Made by a program: the position numbers and the translations under genes
Source: an uncultured Oscillospiraceae bacterium
GTDB lineage: Bacteria; Bacillota; Clostridia; Oscillospirales; Oscillospiraceae
Assembly (NCBI GenBank): GCA_934631005.1
Contig: CAKTXA010000013.1
Coordinates: forward strand, 28,963 to 60,962
Reading direction: 5' to 3'
DNA length: 32,000 bases
The notes under the pieces: generated by a model
The model's database searches: none
Told to the model about the DNA's origin: nothing
What the model saw: only the letters and a program-made list of their open reading frames with translations
Shown here: positions 22,735-30,516 of the stretch, piece after piece
How the letters are laid out: each line of letters starts with the position of its first letter
Numbering within the stretch: position 1 is the stretch's first letter

Positions 22735-22964
22735 CGCTGCGCGAGCTGTCGCAGGACTACCGCGCCGCGGCGCAGCTGCTCCGGCAGCGGCTGCGCGAGC
22801 TGCGTCAGCGGGAAAAGGTCGCCACCGACGCGGACGAGCGCTTCTGGCTCTCGCGCCGCAAGCTGGCGCTGGGCGAGATGCTCCGGCAGATGAACGAGCT
22901 GGCGGAGTTAACTGAGCGCTACTATGAAAGGGGCTACTGGCGCAGTGAAAAATACACTCTATGA
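22731..22964 (+). CDS. Small helical hypothetical protein
   Basis: 77 aa, Arg/Leu/Glu-rich and predicted helical, translationally coupled to the upstream ORF. It ends ...RYYERGYWRSEKYTL. Confidence 0.55.
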   Translation: MTLRELSQDYRAAAQLLRQRLRELRQREKVATDADERFWLSRRKLALGEMLRQMNELAELTERYYERGYWRSEKYTL

Positions 22965-23187
22965 CGGCTACCGCGGCCCGCGCATGAGCCGCGAGATGCT
23001 CATGGCGCGCGTGCAGAACGTGATCGACAACGAGCTGACCGACAAGCAGCGCCGCGCGCTGGAGGATTATTACCTGGCCCGCAAGACCATCCCCGCGCTC
23101 GCCGCGGAGTACGGCGTGAACAAATCCACCGTCAGCCGCACCCTCAAGCGCGCCGAAGCCCGCCTGCGCCGGTTCCTGAAATACTAA
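22924..23187 (+). CDS. Sigma-70 region-4-type HTH protein (YlxM/ArpU-like, no region 2)
   Basis: LTDKQRRALEDYYLARKTIPALAAEYGVNKSTVSRTLKRAEARLRRFL matches the region-4 HTH pattern. The true start may be 22945 (GTG) or 22984 (ATG). Confidence 0.7.
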   Translation: MKGATGAVKNTLYDGYRGPRMSREMLMARVQNVIDNELTDKQRRALEDYYLARKTIPALAAEYGVNKSTVSRTLKRAEARLRRFLKY

Positions 23188-23393
23188 AAGAATTTTCAGC
23201 TGCGGGCACAAAAAAACAAAAGGACTCCCGACTGCAAGCGCAGTCAGGAGCCAAGTTTGTGGGTGGCGGCGTGCAGATGGGCCACGCCGCCGGGGATATG
23301 AAGTGCGCTCGCATTGGATAAGCTGCGAGCACATCATAGCAGGCCGTGCGTGAAAAAGCAGTCGAAGCCGGTCGCGCCCCAAAAAGAACCGCG

Positions 23394-23428
23394 CCGCCCG
23401 GGAGGACTCCCCTCCCGGGCGGTTTTTT
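23394..23428 (+). terminator. Strong rho-independent terminator about 205 nt after the regulatory operon
   Basis: 12-bp stem CCGCCCGGGAGG (23394-23405) / CCTCCCGGGCGG (23411-23422), followed by TTTTTT. Confidence 0.8.
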
Positions 23429-23472
23429 GCGCCGTTTGGGTGAATTTTTTAGGAGATACTTTCCTCCGCCCC

Positions 23473-23501
23473 TTGATTTTTCCCGCCGGATGCTTTATGG
23501 T
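23473..23501 (+). promoter_or_regulatory. Candidate promoter of the SLH-protein gene
   Basis: TTGATT (23473-23478), a 17-nt spacer, TATGGT (23496-23501), about 100 nt upstream of the start codon. Confidence 0.3.
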
Positions 23502-23600
23502 AACAGTGTGTTTCCCCTCGCGGAAATGCGCCAGTCTTTGTATCCCATTATTTTTGCAGGGGCCGGTGAGCGCATCGGCCCGTAAGGAGTGCGATACTTT

Positions 23601-26600
23601 ATGAAACGCAGAATTTTATCAGTCCTCGTCATCCTGTGTCTGATCGCGGCGCTGCTGCCGATGTCTGTCATGGCAGCGAGCTATCCGGACACCGACGGCC
23701 ATTGGGCGGAAAAGTCCATCGGCCGCTGGTCGAACGCCGCCGTCGTGCAGGGCACGGACGGCGAGTTCCGCCCCGATCTCAGCATCACAAGAGCGCAGAT
23801 CGCAGCGATCTTCGCACGGCTGCTTCGGCTTCCCGAAGCGTCTCCGGCAGAGTACCATGATCTGACGGCGGACGCGTGGTACGCGGACGCCGTCAGCCGC
23901 TGCGCAGCGGCTGGAATTTTGACGGGTTATCCTGACGGCACGTTCCGCCCGAACGACCCGGTCACCCGCGAGCAGGCCTGTGCCATGCTCGCCCGCGCGC
24001 TCGGCATTTCCGAACTCCGCCGCGCCGACCTCTCCGACTTCCCCGACGCCGCCGATACCGGCGATTGGGCGAAGGGCTACGTCGCCGCCATGCTGAACCG
24101 CGACATCCTCACCGGCCTGAGCGGGAAATTGGCCCCGAAGGCCCCCGTCACCCGCGCCCAGTTCGTCACCATGCTCGACCGCGCCATCGCCGTCTACGCT
24201 GACGAGGACGGCGCGACAGTCAAGGCCGACGATGTCGACGGCATCATCCTGGTTGTCGCTGAGGACGTGCAGATCAAGAACGCGCCCGCCGGCACCAAGG
24301 TCGTCGCCGCCGCGAGCGCGAAGAGCCTGAAGGTCAACGGCAAGTCCGTCGACGCCGATCAGGTACATACGGTTCCCGAGACCGTAGAGCGCCCGAAGTC
24401 CGCTGGTTCTTCGCATTCGCACAGCTACACCGCCGCCGTCACCACCCCCGCCACCTGCGGCGCGGACGGCGTGCTGACCTACACCTGCTCCTGCGGCGCC
24501 ACCTACACCGAACCCATCCCCGCCACCGGCGAGCATGTCTTCGATGAGACCGGCACCTGCACCACCTGCGGTGCAAGCGCGCCCGTAGAACTCTGGACGA
24601 GCTTCAGCGGCTCGAAGGTCGGCTTCTACAACACGATCTCTGACGCATTTGCCGAAGCGCAGAACGGCACCGGCGTGCGTGTCGTCGTCTGCGGCGACTA
24701 TACGCTGCGCACCGACACCGCGATCCCGCAGGGCATCATGCTGGACGTTGTCGCAGGCGGCAAGCTGACCGTCCCGGCAGGCATGACCCTCACCATTCCG
24801 GCGAATGCCAATCGTCTCGGTATCTTGACGGGCAGCACCGTTGAAAATAACGGCACCATCCTGATCGAAGGCCGCGGCACACTTACCTATGGTGAAAGCA
24901 AGGTCATGGTACAAGACGGCGGCACGCTGACCGGCGAACTCTCCGTCCCGGACGGCTACATCCTTTCCAAGAACAACAGCAGCTATTTTGCGGGCATCCC
25001 GCTTTACGAGCTGACATATTCCGACGGCACGACCAAACAGTTTGCGGACATCTCCGGCAAGGTCGACACCAGCGTGACCCAGGTCAAGCTGCTGGACGAC
25101 GTCACCAAGGGCATGAGCTTCGGCACGCGTGAGACCACACCCGGTCTCGTTCTGGATCTGGGTGGACACACGATCGGCGGCAGCAGCTCACAAACCAGTG
25201 CTACCCTGAGTATCTACCAGAGCATAACGATCAAAAACGGCACGGTCGCCTATAACGGTACGCTGTCCGACCCTCCCTCGCTGCATAATTCGGCGATCCT
25301 ACTCTCCGGCAGCGACACCACGCTCACCATTGCAGAAGATGCCGTGATCAGCGGCGGTAAGGGCTACGGCATCTACGGCAGCGGCGGCACGCTGATCGTA
25401 AATGGCACCGTTACGTCCGAAGGTGATGCTGCCATCACCGGCAACGGCAATAACGACACCGGCGACGTTGACGAGTGCAGCATCACCGTCAACGACGGCG
25501 TCGTCATCTCCGCGCCGAACGGTGCGGGCATCTACCACCCGCAGAAGGGCACCGTGACCGTAAACGGCGGCACCATCTCCGGCCATACCGGCATCGCCAT
25601 CGCCTCCGGCCACCTGAGCATCACCGGCGGCACGTTCTCCGGTTCCGGCGCTTACGTCGCACCCACCGGCTCGCAGAACGAAATTCTCGACGGTGCGGCC
25701 GTCTCCATCGTGGAGCACAACTACCCCGGCGGCGTCCCCACCGCCGCCATCACCGGCGGTACCTTCACCGCCACCGGCAAGGACGCCAAAGCTCTCCACA
25801 TCTACATCTATCGTGACGCCGTCAGCGTTTGGCTGGACTGCAAAGACTACGTCCGCGTCACCGCCGGCACCTATTCCACCGACCCCAGCGCCTACGTAGC
25901 CGACGGCTATGAGGCCGCACAGGAGGATGCGTTCTGGTACGTCCGCCCGGCAGGCAGCTACATTGCAGAGATCACCTCGGGCGATGCCAGTGTCAAGGGG
26001 CACAAGTACACCAGCCTTTCCGCTGCCTACGCCGCGATCAACGCCGTTGCTGAAACGCAGGGCGCAAGCAAAGCGTATGGCATAGTCAAGCTCCTTGCCG
26101 ATGTTACGCTGGATCAGGATCTGACCATCGGCACGACCGGCGCCTGGCAGAAGCTCGCCCTGAACGGCCACACACTAACCTTCAAAGATGACCATAAGCT
26201 GCTCGTGACCGGCGATAAAATGGTCACAATCGAAGGCAGCGGCACGATTCGGAGCGAGAGCGCCTCTGCCGATGCCTATATAGCTGTCGTCTCCAACGGT
26301 GCCGGGCTGACCATTAGCGGCACCGGCCCAAGCAAGAAGATCACGCTGACCGGTCAGAAAGGTGTCTTGACCAGCGGTGGCTTTACTGTCAAGAAGGCGG
26401 TTCTCAACACAACGAGCGATGCCGTTACCGCAGCTGCGGACTGCACGGCAATTCTCACTGTTGACAGCGGCACAGTCCTGAAAAGCGAAGCTGGCAGCTG
26501 CCTTGTCGCTGCGGACGGCTCCAGCGCCAAGGCCGAGGTCAAGTCCGGCAGCAGCATGACATCCGAGAGCAGCGCAGACGTGATCTGCTGGGCATCCTCC

Positions 26601-27422
26601 GGTACGCTGCAGGTCAAGGGCGGCACATTCTCCGGTTCCAGTATCCTGACGGAAGCTGGCGGCGCAGTCAGCATCTCGGGCGGTACGTATCCCATCGCCA
26701 GCAAGGATGCACTCAGTACTTACATCGCGGAAGGTTATACGCAGCAGGATCAGGCAAGCGGCACAACCTACACCGTGAAGCTGCCGGATGTTGCCGTTGT
26801 TACCTTTGCAAACGGCAACACAAAGTCGTGCACGACGCTCAGCAGCGCACTCAGTGCAGTCAACAACACCACTGGCGCAAAAATCACACTCGTCAGAGAC
26901 ATCACAGAAAAAGCCTCCGGCGCGCGGATGGCTGGCGGAACGGCAGAGCTTGATCTGGCCGGTCATACGATCACCATCACTGGCACCAGCTCGGGCTATC
27001 CCGCCGCGATCACGCTGCTGCGGGCGTCCAAGCTCACGTTCGAGGATTCCTCCGCAGAGCAGACCGGCAAGATGATCGCCGCAGACTCCTATTGTGTCAA
27101 CGTCGGCGGCACCTCGGAGCTGACGATCAAGAGCGGCTCCTTCAGCGGCAGCGCAACCGCCGTGCAGACGCAGGACAGCGGCAAGGCATACATTCAGGGC
27201 GGCGGCTTTACCGTCTCCCCGGCCGATACCACAAATGACTGCCGCTATCTGCTCAACCGAGTCGATGGCTCCAGCTCAACGATCGAAGTCACCGGCGGCA
27301 CTTTCCACGATTTTGACCCCGCCAACAACCTCGCCGATGGTGAAAACACCAACTTCGTAAAAGCCGGCTACCAGTCCACCGAACAGGACGGCATCTACAC
27401 CGTCGCACAGACGCAGGTTTGA
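23601..27422 (+). CDS. Large secreted SLH-domain surface protein with a Cys-rich motif and beta-helix-like repeat modules
   Basis: Start trimmed to the ATG at 23601 (AAGGAG 11 nt upstream). Signal peptide MKRRILSVLVILCLIAALLPMSVMA. Three SLH-like repeats (about aa 30-210: DTDGHWAEKSI..., DLTADAWYADAV..., FPDAADTGDWAKGYV...). Cys-rich motif ATCGADGVLTYTCSCGATYTEPIPATGEH...TGTCTTCGA, then Gly/Thr/Ser-rich repeats. Confidence 0.85.
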   Translation: MKRRILSVLVILCLIAALLPMSVMAASYPDTDGHWAEKSIGRWSNAAVVQGTDGEFRPDLSITRAQIAAIFARLLRLPEASPAEYHDLTADAWYADAVSRCAAAGILTGYPDGTFRPNDPVTREQACAMLARALGISELRRADLSDFPDAADTGDWAKGYVAAMLNRDILTGLSGKLAPKAPVTRAQFVTMLDRAIAVYADEDGATVKADDVDGIILVVAEDVQIKNAPAGTKVVAAASAKSLKVNGKSVDADQVHTVPETVERPKSAGSSHSHSYTAAVTTPATCGADGVLTYTCSCGATYTEPIPATGEHVFDETGTCTTCGASAPVELWTSFSGSKVGFYNTISDAFAEAQNGTGVRVVVCGDYTLRTDTAIPQGIMLDVVAGGKLTVPAGMTLTIPANANRLGILTGSTVENNGTILIEGRGTLTYGESKVMVQDGGTLTGELSVPDGYILSKNNSSYFAGIPLYELTYSDGTTKQFADISGKVDTSVTQVKLLDDVTKGMSFGTRETTPGLVLDLGGHTIGGSSSQTSATLSIYQSITIKNGTVAYNGTLSDPPSLHNSAILLSGSDTTLTIAEDAVISGGKGYGIYGSGGTLIVNGTVTSEGDAAITGNGNNDTGDVDECSITVNDGVVISAPNGAGIYHPQKGTVTVNGGTISGHTGIAIASGHLSITGGTFSGSGAYVAPTGSQNEILDGAAVSIVEHNYPGGVPTAAITGGTFTATGKDAKALHIYIYRDAVSVWLDCKDYVRVTAGTYSTDPSAYVADGYEAAQEDAFWYVRPAGSYIAEITSGDASVKGHKYTSLSAAYAAINAVAETQGASKAYGIVKLLADVTLDQDLTIGTTGAWQKLALNGHTLTFKDDHKLLVTGDKMVTIEGSGTIRSESASADAYIAVVSNGAGLTISGTGPSKKITLTGQKGVLTSGGFTVKKAVLNTTSDAVTAAADCTAILTVDSGTVLKSEAGSCLVAADGSSAKAEVKSGSSMTSESSADVICWASSGTLQVKGGTFSGSSILTEAGGAVSISGGTYPIASKDALSTYIAEGYTQQDQASGTTYTVKLPDVAVVTFANGNTKSCTTLSSALSAVNNTTGAKITLVRDITEKASGARMAGGTAELDLAGHTITITGTSSGYPAAITLLRASKLTFEDSSAEQTGKMIAADSYCVNVGGTSELTIKSGSFSGSATAVQTQDSGKAYIQGGGFTVSPADTTNDCRYLLNRVDGSSSTIEVTGGTFHDFDPANNLADGENTNFVKAGYQSTEQDGIYTVAQTQV

Positions 27423-27434
27423 ATTTCAAATAGC

Positions 27435-27474
27435 AAAAAGCGCCCGGGCCAAAGCCCGGGCGCTTCGTTTTTTG
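27435..27474. terminator. Bidirectional terminator after the SLH-protein gene
   Basis: Stem GCGCCCGGGC (27440-27449) / GCCCGGGCGC (27454-27463), with AAAAA upstream and TTCGTTTTTT downstream. Confidence 0.8.
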
Positions 27475-27488
27475 CACATATCCCAAAT

Positions 27489-27913
27489 TTCGTCGTAACG
27501 TAGGGGAGGGGCTTACCCCTCCCGCTGGTGGGCAGCTGTGGCTTTTGCACGCAGCGGCAGGACGGTGCGCACCCCTTGCCTTCCCCTCGGGGCCGATTCC
27601 CCCTATCAGGGGGAAATGTCCCGAAGGGACAAAGAGGGTAGGGACAGGTGGCGAGCGCAGCGAGCCGGATGAGGGCCGGGGAGCACTCACACATAGCTTT
27701 GCATGCTCAGCAAAATGCAGCTGCTCCCCGACCCTCATCAGTCTGCGGAGCGAAGCTCCGCAGACAGCTTCCCCGAGGGGAAGCCAAGGAGCCCTCAGCA
27801 AATCGGCACTGCGGCAAAGGAACGATACCGCGTACCAGCGGGAGGGGCAAGCCCCTCCCCTACGTCCAAATAACGGGTGTGTCGGGCGGGCCGATGTGGT
27901 CATCGGCCCCTAC
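27489..27913. repeat. Hairpin-repeat cluster R5: full TIR-bounded composite (27489-27866, inverse orientation of R4) plus a CTAC-tailed hairpin (27887-27913)
   Basis: Left TIR TTCGTCGTAACGTAGGGGAGGGGCTTACCCCTCCCGC, right end GCGGGAGGGGCAAGCCCCTCCCCTAC (to 27863), then GGGCCGATGTGGTCATCGGCCCCTAC. Confidence 0.9.
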
Positions 27914-27922
27914 AGAAATGTG

Positions 27923-27951
27923 CAAAAAGCCCGGGAGAATTTTCTCCCGGG
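27923..27951 (-). terminator. udk terminator
   Basis: Stem CCCGGGAG (27930-27937) / CTCCCGGG (27944-27951), followed on the minus strand by CTTTTTG. Confidence 0.75.
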
Positions 27952-27957
27952 TCATTT

Positions 27958-28584
27958 TCAGTGCTGCTCAATATGTCGCTGTATCCGCCCGACGATCATC
28001 TCCAGGGCGATCAGGTTTTTGCCGCCTTCGGGGACGATGAGGTCGGCGTTTTTCTTGCTGGGCTCCACGAACTGCTCGTGCATGGGCTTGACCGTGGTCA
28101 AATACTGGTCGATGACCGATTCGATCGTCCGGCCGCGCTTGCGCACGTCGCGGCGGATGCGCCTGCACAGGCGCACGTCGGCGTCGGTGTCCACAAAAAT
28201 TTTGATGTCCATCTCGCGGCACAGCTCCAGATCCTGAAAGATCAGAATACCCTCCACCACGATGACCTTCTCCGGCTCGATGTGCAAAATGCCCTCCGCG
28301 CGGTTGTGCACCGTAAAGTCATACGTCGGGCAGTCGATGGCCACGCCCTGCTTCAGAAGCCGCAGGTGCTCGATCATCATGTCGGTGTCGAACGCGTCCG
28401 GATGGTCGTAGTTGAGCTTCGCCCGCTCCTCATACGTCAGCTCGTTGTGCTGCTTGTAGTAGTTGTCGTGGCTGAGGACGGTGATGTTCTCCCCAAACCG
28501 GTTCATCAGCGCCTTCACCAGCGTCGTCTTGCCGCTGCCCGTGCCGCCCGCAACTCCAATGACGATAATGTTCTGATCCCCCAC
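27958..28584 (-). CDS. udk: Uridine kinase
   Basis: P-loop GVAGGTGSGKTT and the motifs NYDHPDAFD, VIVVEGILIF and DTDADVRLCRRIRRDVRKRGR. Start trimmed to the GTG at 28584 (AAGGGGAG 7 nt upstream), because the longer track ORF would run through the 28607-28636 palindrome. Confidence 0.9.
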   Translation of the reverse strand: MGDQNIIVIGVAGGTGSGKTTLVKALMNRFGENITVLSHDNYYKQHNELTYEERAKLNYDHPDAFDTDMMIEHLRLLKQGVAIDCPTYDFTVHNRAEGILHIEPEKVIVVEGILIFQDLELCREMDIKIFVDTDADVRLCRRIRRDVRKRGRTIESVIDQYLTTVKPMHEQFVEPSKKNADLIVPEGGKNLIALEMIVGRIQRHIEQH

Positions 28585-28606
28585 AGTATTCTCCCCTTCT
28601 TTGTTT

Positions 28607-28636
28607 GGCAGCACCGCGCCATGGCGCGGTGCTGCC
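28607..28636. repeat. Perfect 30-bp palindrome between pdp and udk
   Basis: GGCAGCACCGCGCCATGGCGCGGTGCTGCC is its own reverse complement. It shares the core GGCAGCACCG/CGGTGCTGCC with the hairpin at 29976-30003. No adjacent U-run on either strand. Confidence 0.8.
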
Positions 28637-28652
28637 ATTTAGCCTTCTGTTT

Positions 28653-29954
28653 TTATTCCACGATGCCCAGGATAAGCGGCTGCGGCGCAGGCGGCTCCTC
28701 GCCCCAGGTGAGCGCATCCAGCAGCAGCTTCTTCGCAGGCTCCAGCGTTTTTTCGTCGTTCGTATACAAAACCGCCAGCTCCTCGCCGGTCTTCACACGG
28801 TCGCCCGGCTTGCGGTGCAGCGTGATGCCTGCGGCGTAGTCGATGGCGTCGTCCTTCCTCTGCCGTCCCGCGCCGAGCACGCACGACGCCTCGCCGATCT
28901 TCTGCGCGTCCGTGGCCGTGATGTAGCCGCCGTGCTCCGCCGTCACGCGCAGCAGGTAGCGCGCCTGCGGCAGCAAACTGTGATCCGTCAGCGCCCGCGC
29001 GTCGCCGCCCTGCGCCGCGATCCACTGCTCCATCTTCCGCAGCGCCGCGCCGGACGAGACGGCCTCCTCCACGCGCCGCCGCGCCTCGTCGGCCGTCCAG
29101 CCGTTGCACAGCTCCAGCATCCCGGACGCCAGCACAAAGCTCACCTCGCGCAGATCATCCGGCCCATGGCCCGCCAGAACGTCCGCCGCCTCGGCGACCT
29201 CCAGCGCATTTCCGATATTTTTTCCCAGCGGGATGTCCATGTCGGTCATCACCGCGCGCACACGCCTGCCGCAGTGCCGCCCGATGGCGACCATGCGCTC
29301 GGCAAGCTTCGCGCCGTCCTCCGGCGTTTTCATAAACGCGCCCGAGCCGATCTTCACATCCAGCACGATCGAGTGCGACCCCGCCGCCAGCTTTTTGGAC
29401 ATGATGGACGACGCGATCAGCGGCAGCGAGTCGACCGTGGCCGTCACGTCGCGCAGGGCGTAGAGCTTTTTGTCTGCGGGCGTGAGATTGCCGCTCTGCC
29501 CGATGACCGCCACGCCGATGTCCTCCACCTGATGCAGAAATTCCTCCGGCGTGAGCACCGTGCGGAAGCCCGGGATGGCGTCGAGCTTGTCGACCGTCCC
29601 GCCCGTGTGGCCCAGGCCGCGGCCGGACATCTTCGCCACCTTGCCGCCGAGGCACGCCACGATCGGCGCCACGATCAGCGTCGTCTTGTCGCCCACGCCG
29701 CCGGTGGAGTGCTTGTCCACGGACTTGTCGCCGAAGCGGCTGAGGTCCACCGTATCGCCCGAGCGCATCATCGCGTCGGTCAGCACGGCGGTCTCGTGGT
29801 CCGTCATGCCGCGGAAAAACACCGCCATCGCAAACGCGGACATCTGATAGTCCGGAATGCTGCCGTCCGTAAACCCCTCGATGATATATCGGATCTGCGC
29901 GTCGGTAAGCGACTCGCCGAGCTTCTTCCGCTCGATCAGATCGACCATTCGCAT
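28653..29954 (-). CDS. pdp: Pyrimidine-nucleoside (thymidine) phosphorylase
   Basis: 433 aa. The N-terminus MVDLIERKKLGESLTDAQIRYIIEGFTDGSIPDYQMSAFAMAVFFRGM and the motifs DKHSTGGVGDKT and SGRGLGHTGGTVDKL are typical of the family. Confidence 0.9.
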   Translation of the reverse strand: MRMVDLIERKKLGESLTDAQIRYIIEGFTDGSIPDYQMSAFAMAVFFRGMTDHETAVLTDAMMRSGDTVDLSRFGDKSVDKHSTGGVGDKTTLIVAPIVACLGGKVAKMSGRGLGHTGGTVDKLDAIPGFRTVLTPEEFLHQVEDIGVAVIGQSGNLTPADKKLYALRDVTATVDSLPLIASSIMSKKLAAGSHSIVLDVKIGSGAFMKTPEDGAKLAERMVAIGRHCGRRVRAVMTDMDIPLGKNIGNALEVAEAADVLAGHGPDDLREVSFVLASGMLELCNGWTADEARRRVEEAVSSGAALRKMEQWIAAQGGDARALTDHSLLPQARYLLRVTAEHGGYITATDAQKIGEASCVLGAGRQRKDDAIDYAAGITLHRKPGDRVKTGEELAVLYTNDEKTLEPAKKLLLDALTWGEEPPAPQPLILGIVE

Positions 29955-29975
29955 ATAATTGCCTCCTCACAATTT

Positions 29976-30003
29976 CAGGCAGCACCGTATCCGGTGCTGC
30001 CTG
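29976..30003 (-). promoter_or_regulatory. 5' UTR hairpin/palindrome upstream of pdp
   Basis: 12-bp stem CAGGCAGCACCG / CGGTGCTGCCTG with a 4-nt loop, located between the candidate promoter and the pdp RBS (GAGGAGG). Confidence 0.6.
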
Positions 30004-30009
30004 TATTTT

Positions 30010-30038
30010 ATCATATTCTCCCGCGTGATACTTGCCAA
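30010..30038 (-). promoter_or_regulatory. Candidate sigma-A promoter of pdp-udk
   Basis: On the minus strand: TTGGCA (30033-30038), a 17-nt spacer, TATGAT (30010-30015). Confidence 0.45.
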
Positions 30039-30064
30039 AATCGCCGTGCGATTTTTGTGCAGTA

Positions 30065-30505
30065 TTACCCGTCTAACTCTCGCAGCAGCGCTTCGCAGCC
30101 CGCGAGGACGTCGTTCCACGTCGCCTCAAAATCGCCCGTGTACCACGGATCGGCCACCTCGCGGCCCGGAAGTAACCGCCGTACCTTGCCCCCGGGGTCG
30201 GACGGGAGGATGCGCCGGAGGTTCCGCTCATTGTTCGCGTCCATCACGATCAGCCGGTCAAACCGGTCATAGTCCGCCGCCGTCACGCGCCGCGCACGGT
30301 GCGGCAGCACGGGGATGCTGTGCCGCTGCAGCTCCCGCCGCGCGGGCGGATAGATGGGGTTCCCCAGCTCCTCGGCGCTCGTCGCCGCCGAGTCGATGAA
30401 AAACCGCCCCGCCGCCCCGCGCGCGTCCACCAGCGCCTGCATCACACACTGCGCCATCGCCGACCGGCAGATATTCCCGTGGCAGATAAACAGAATTTTT
30501 GTCAT
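30065..30505 (-). CDS. Low-molecular-weight protein-tyrosine phosphatase family protein
   Basis: Active-site CX5R(S) motif ILFICHGNICRS and the downstream DPWY general-acid region. Start trimmed to the ATG at 30505 (GAGGAG 7 nt upstream). Confidence 0.85.
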   Translation of the reverse strand: MTKILFICHGNICRSAMAQCVMQALVDARGAAGRFFIDSAATSAEELGNPIYPPARRELQRHSIPVLPHRARRVTAADYDRFDRLIVMDANNERNLRRILPSDPGGKVRRLLPGREVADPWYTGDFEATWNDVLAGCEALLRELDG

Positions 30506-30516
30506 GGTAGGTCTCC

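Noticed and set aside
23619-25169. 516-aa minus-strand ORF, plus 25299..26171 and 26175..26966, inside the SLH-protein gene
   Set aside because: They are antisense to a gene with a signal peptide, SLH repeats and an RBS. They have no RBS and no motifs, and their composition is driven by the complement of Gly/Thr/Ala codons.
12891-27913. Possibility that the recurring palindromic repeats are a CRISPR array
   Set aside because: The copies are dispersed over five loci rather than forming a single array. They are not separated by regular unique spacers of about 30-40 bp and they occur in both orientations. No cas genes are present in the window.
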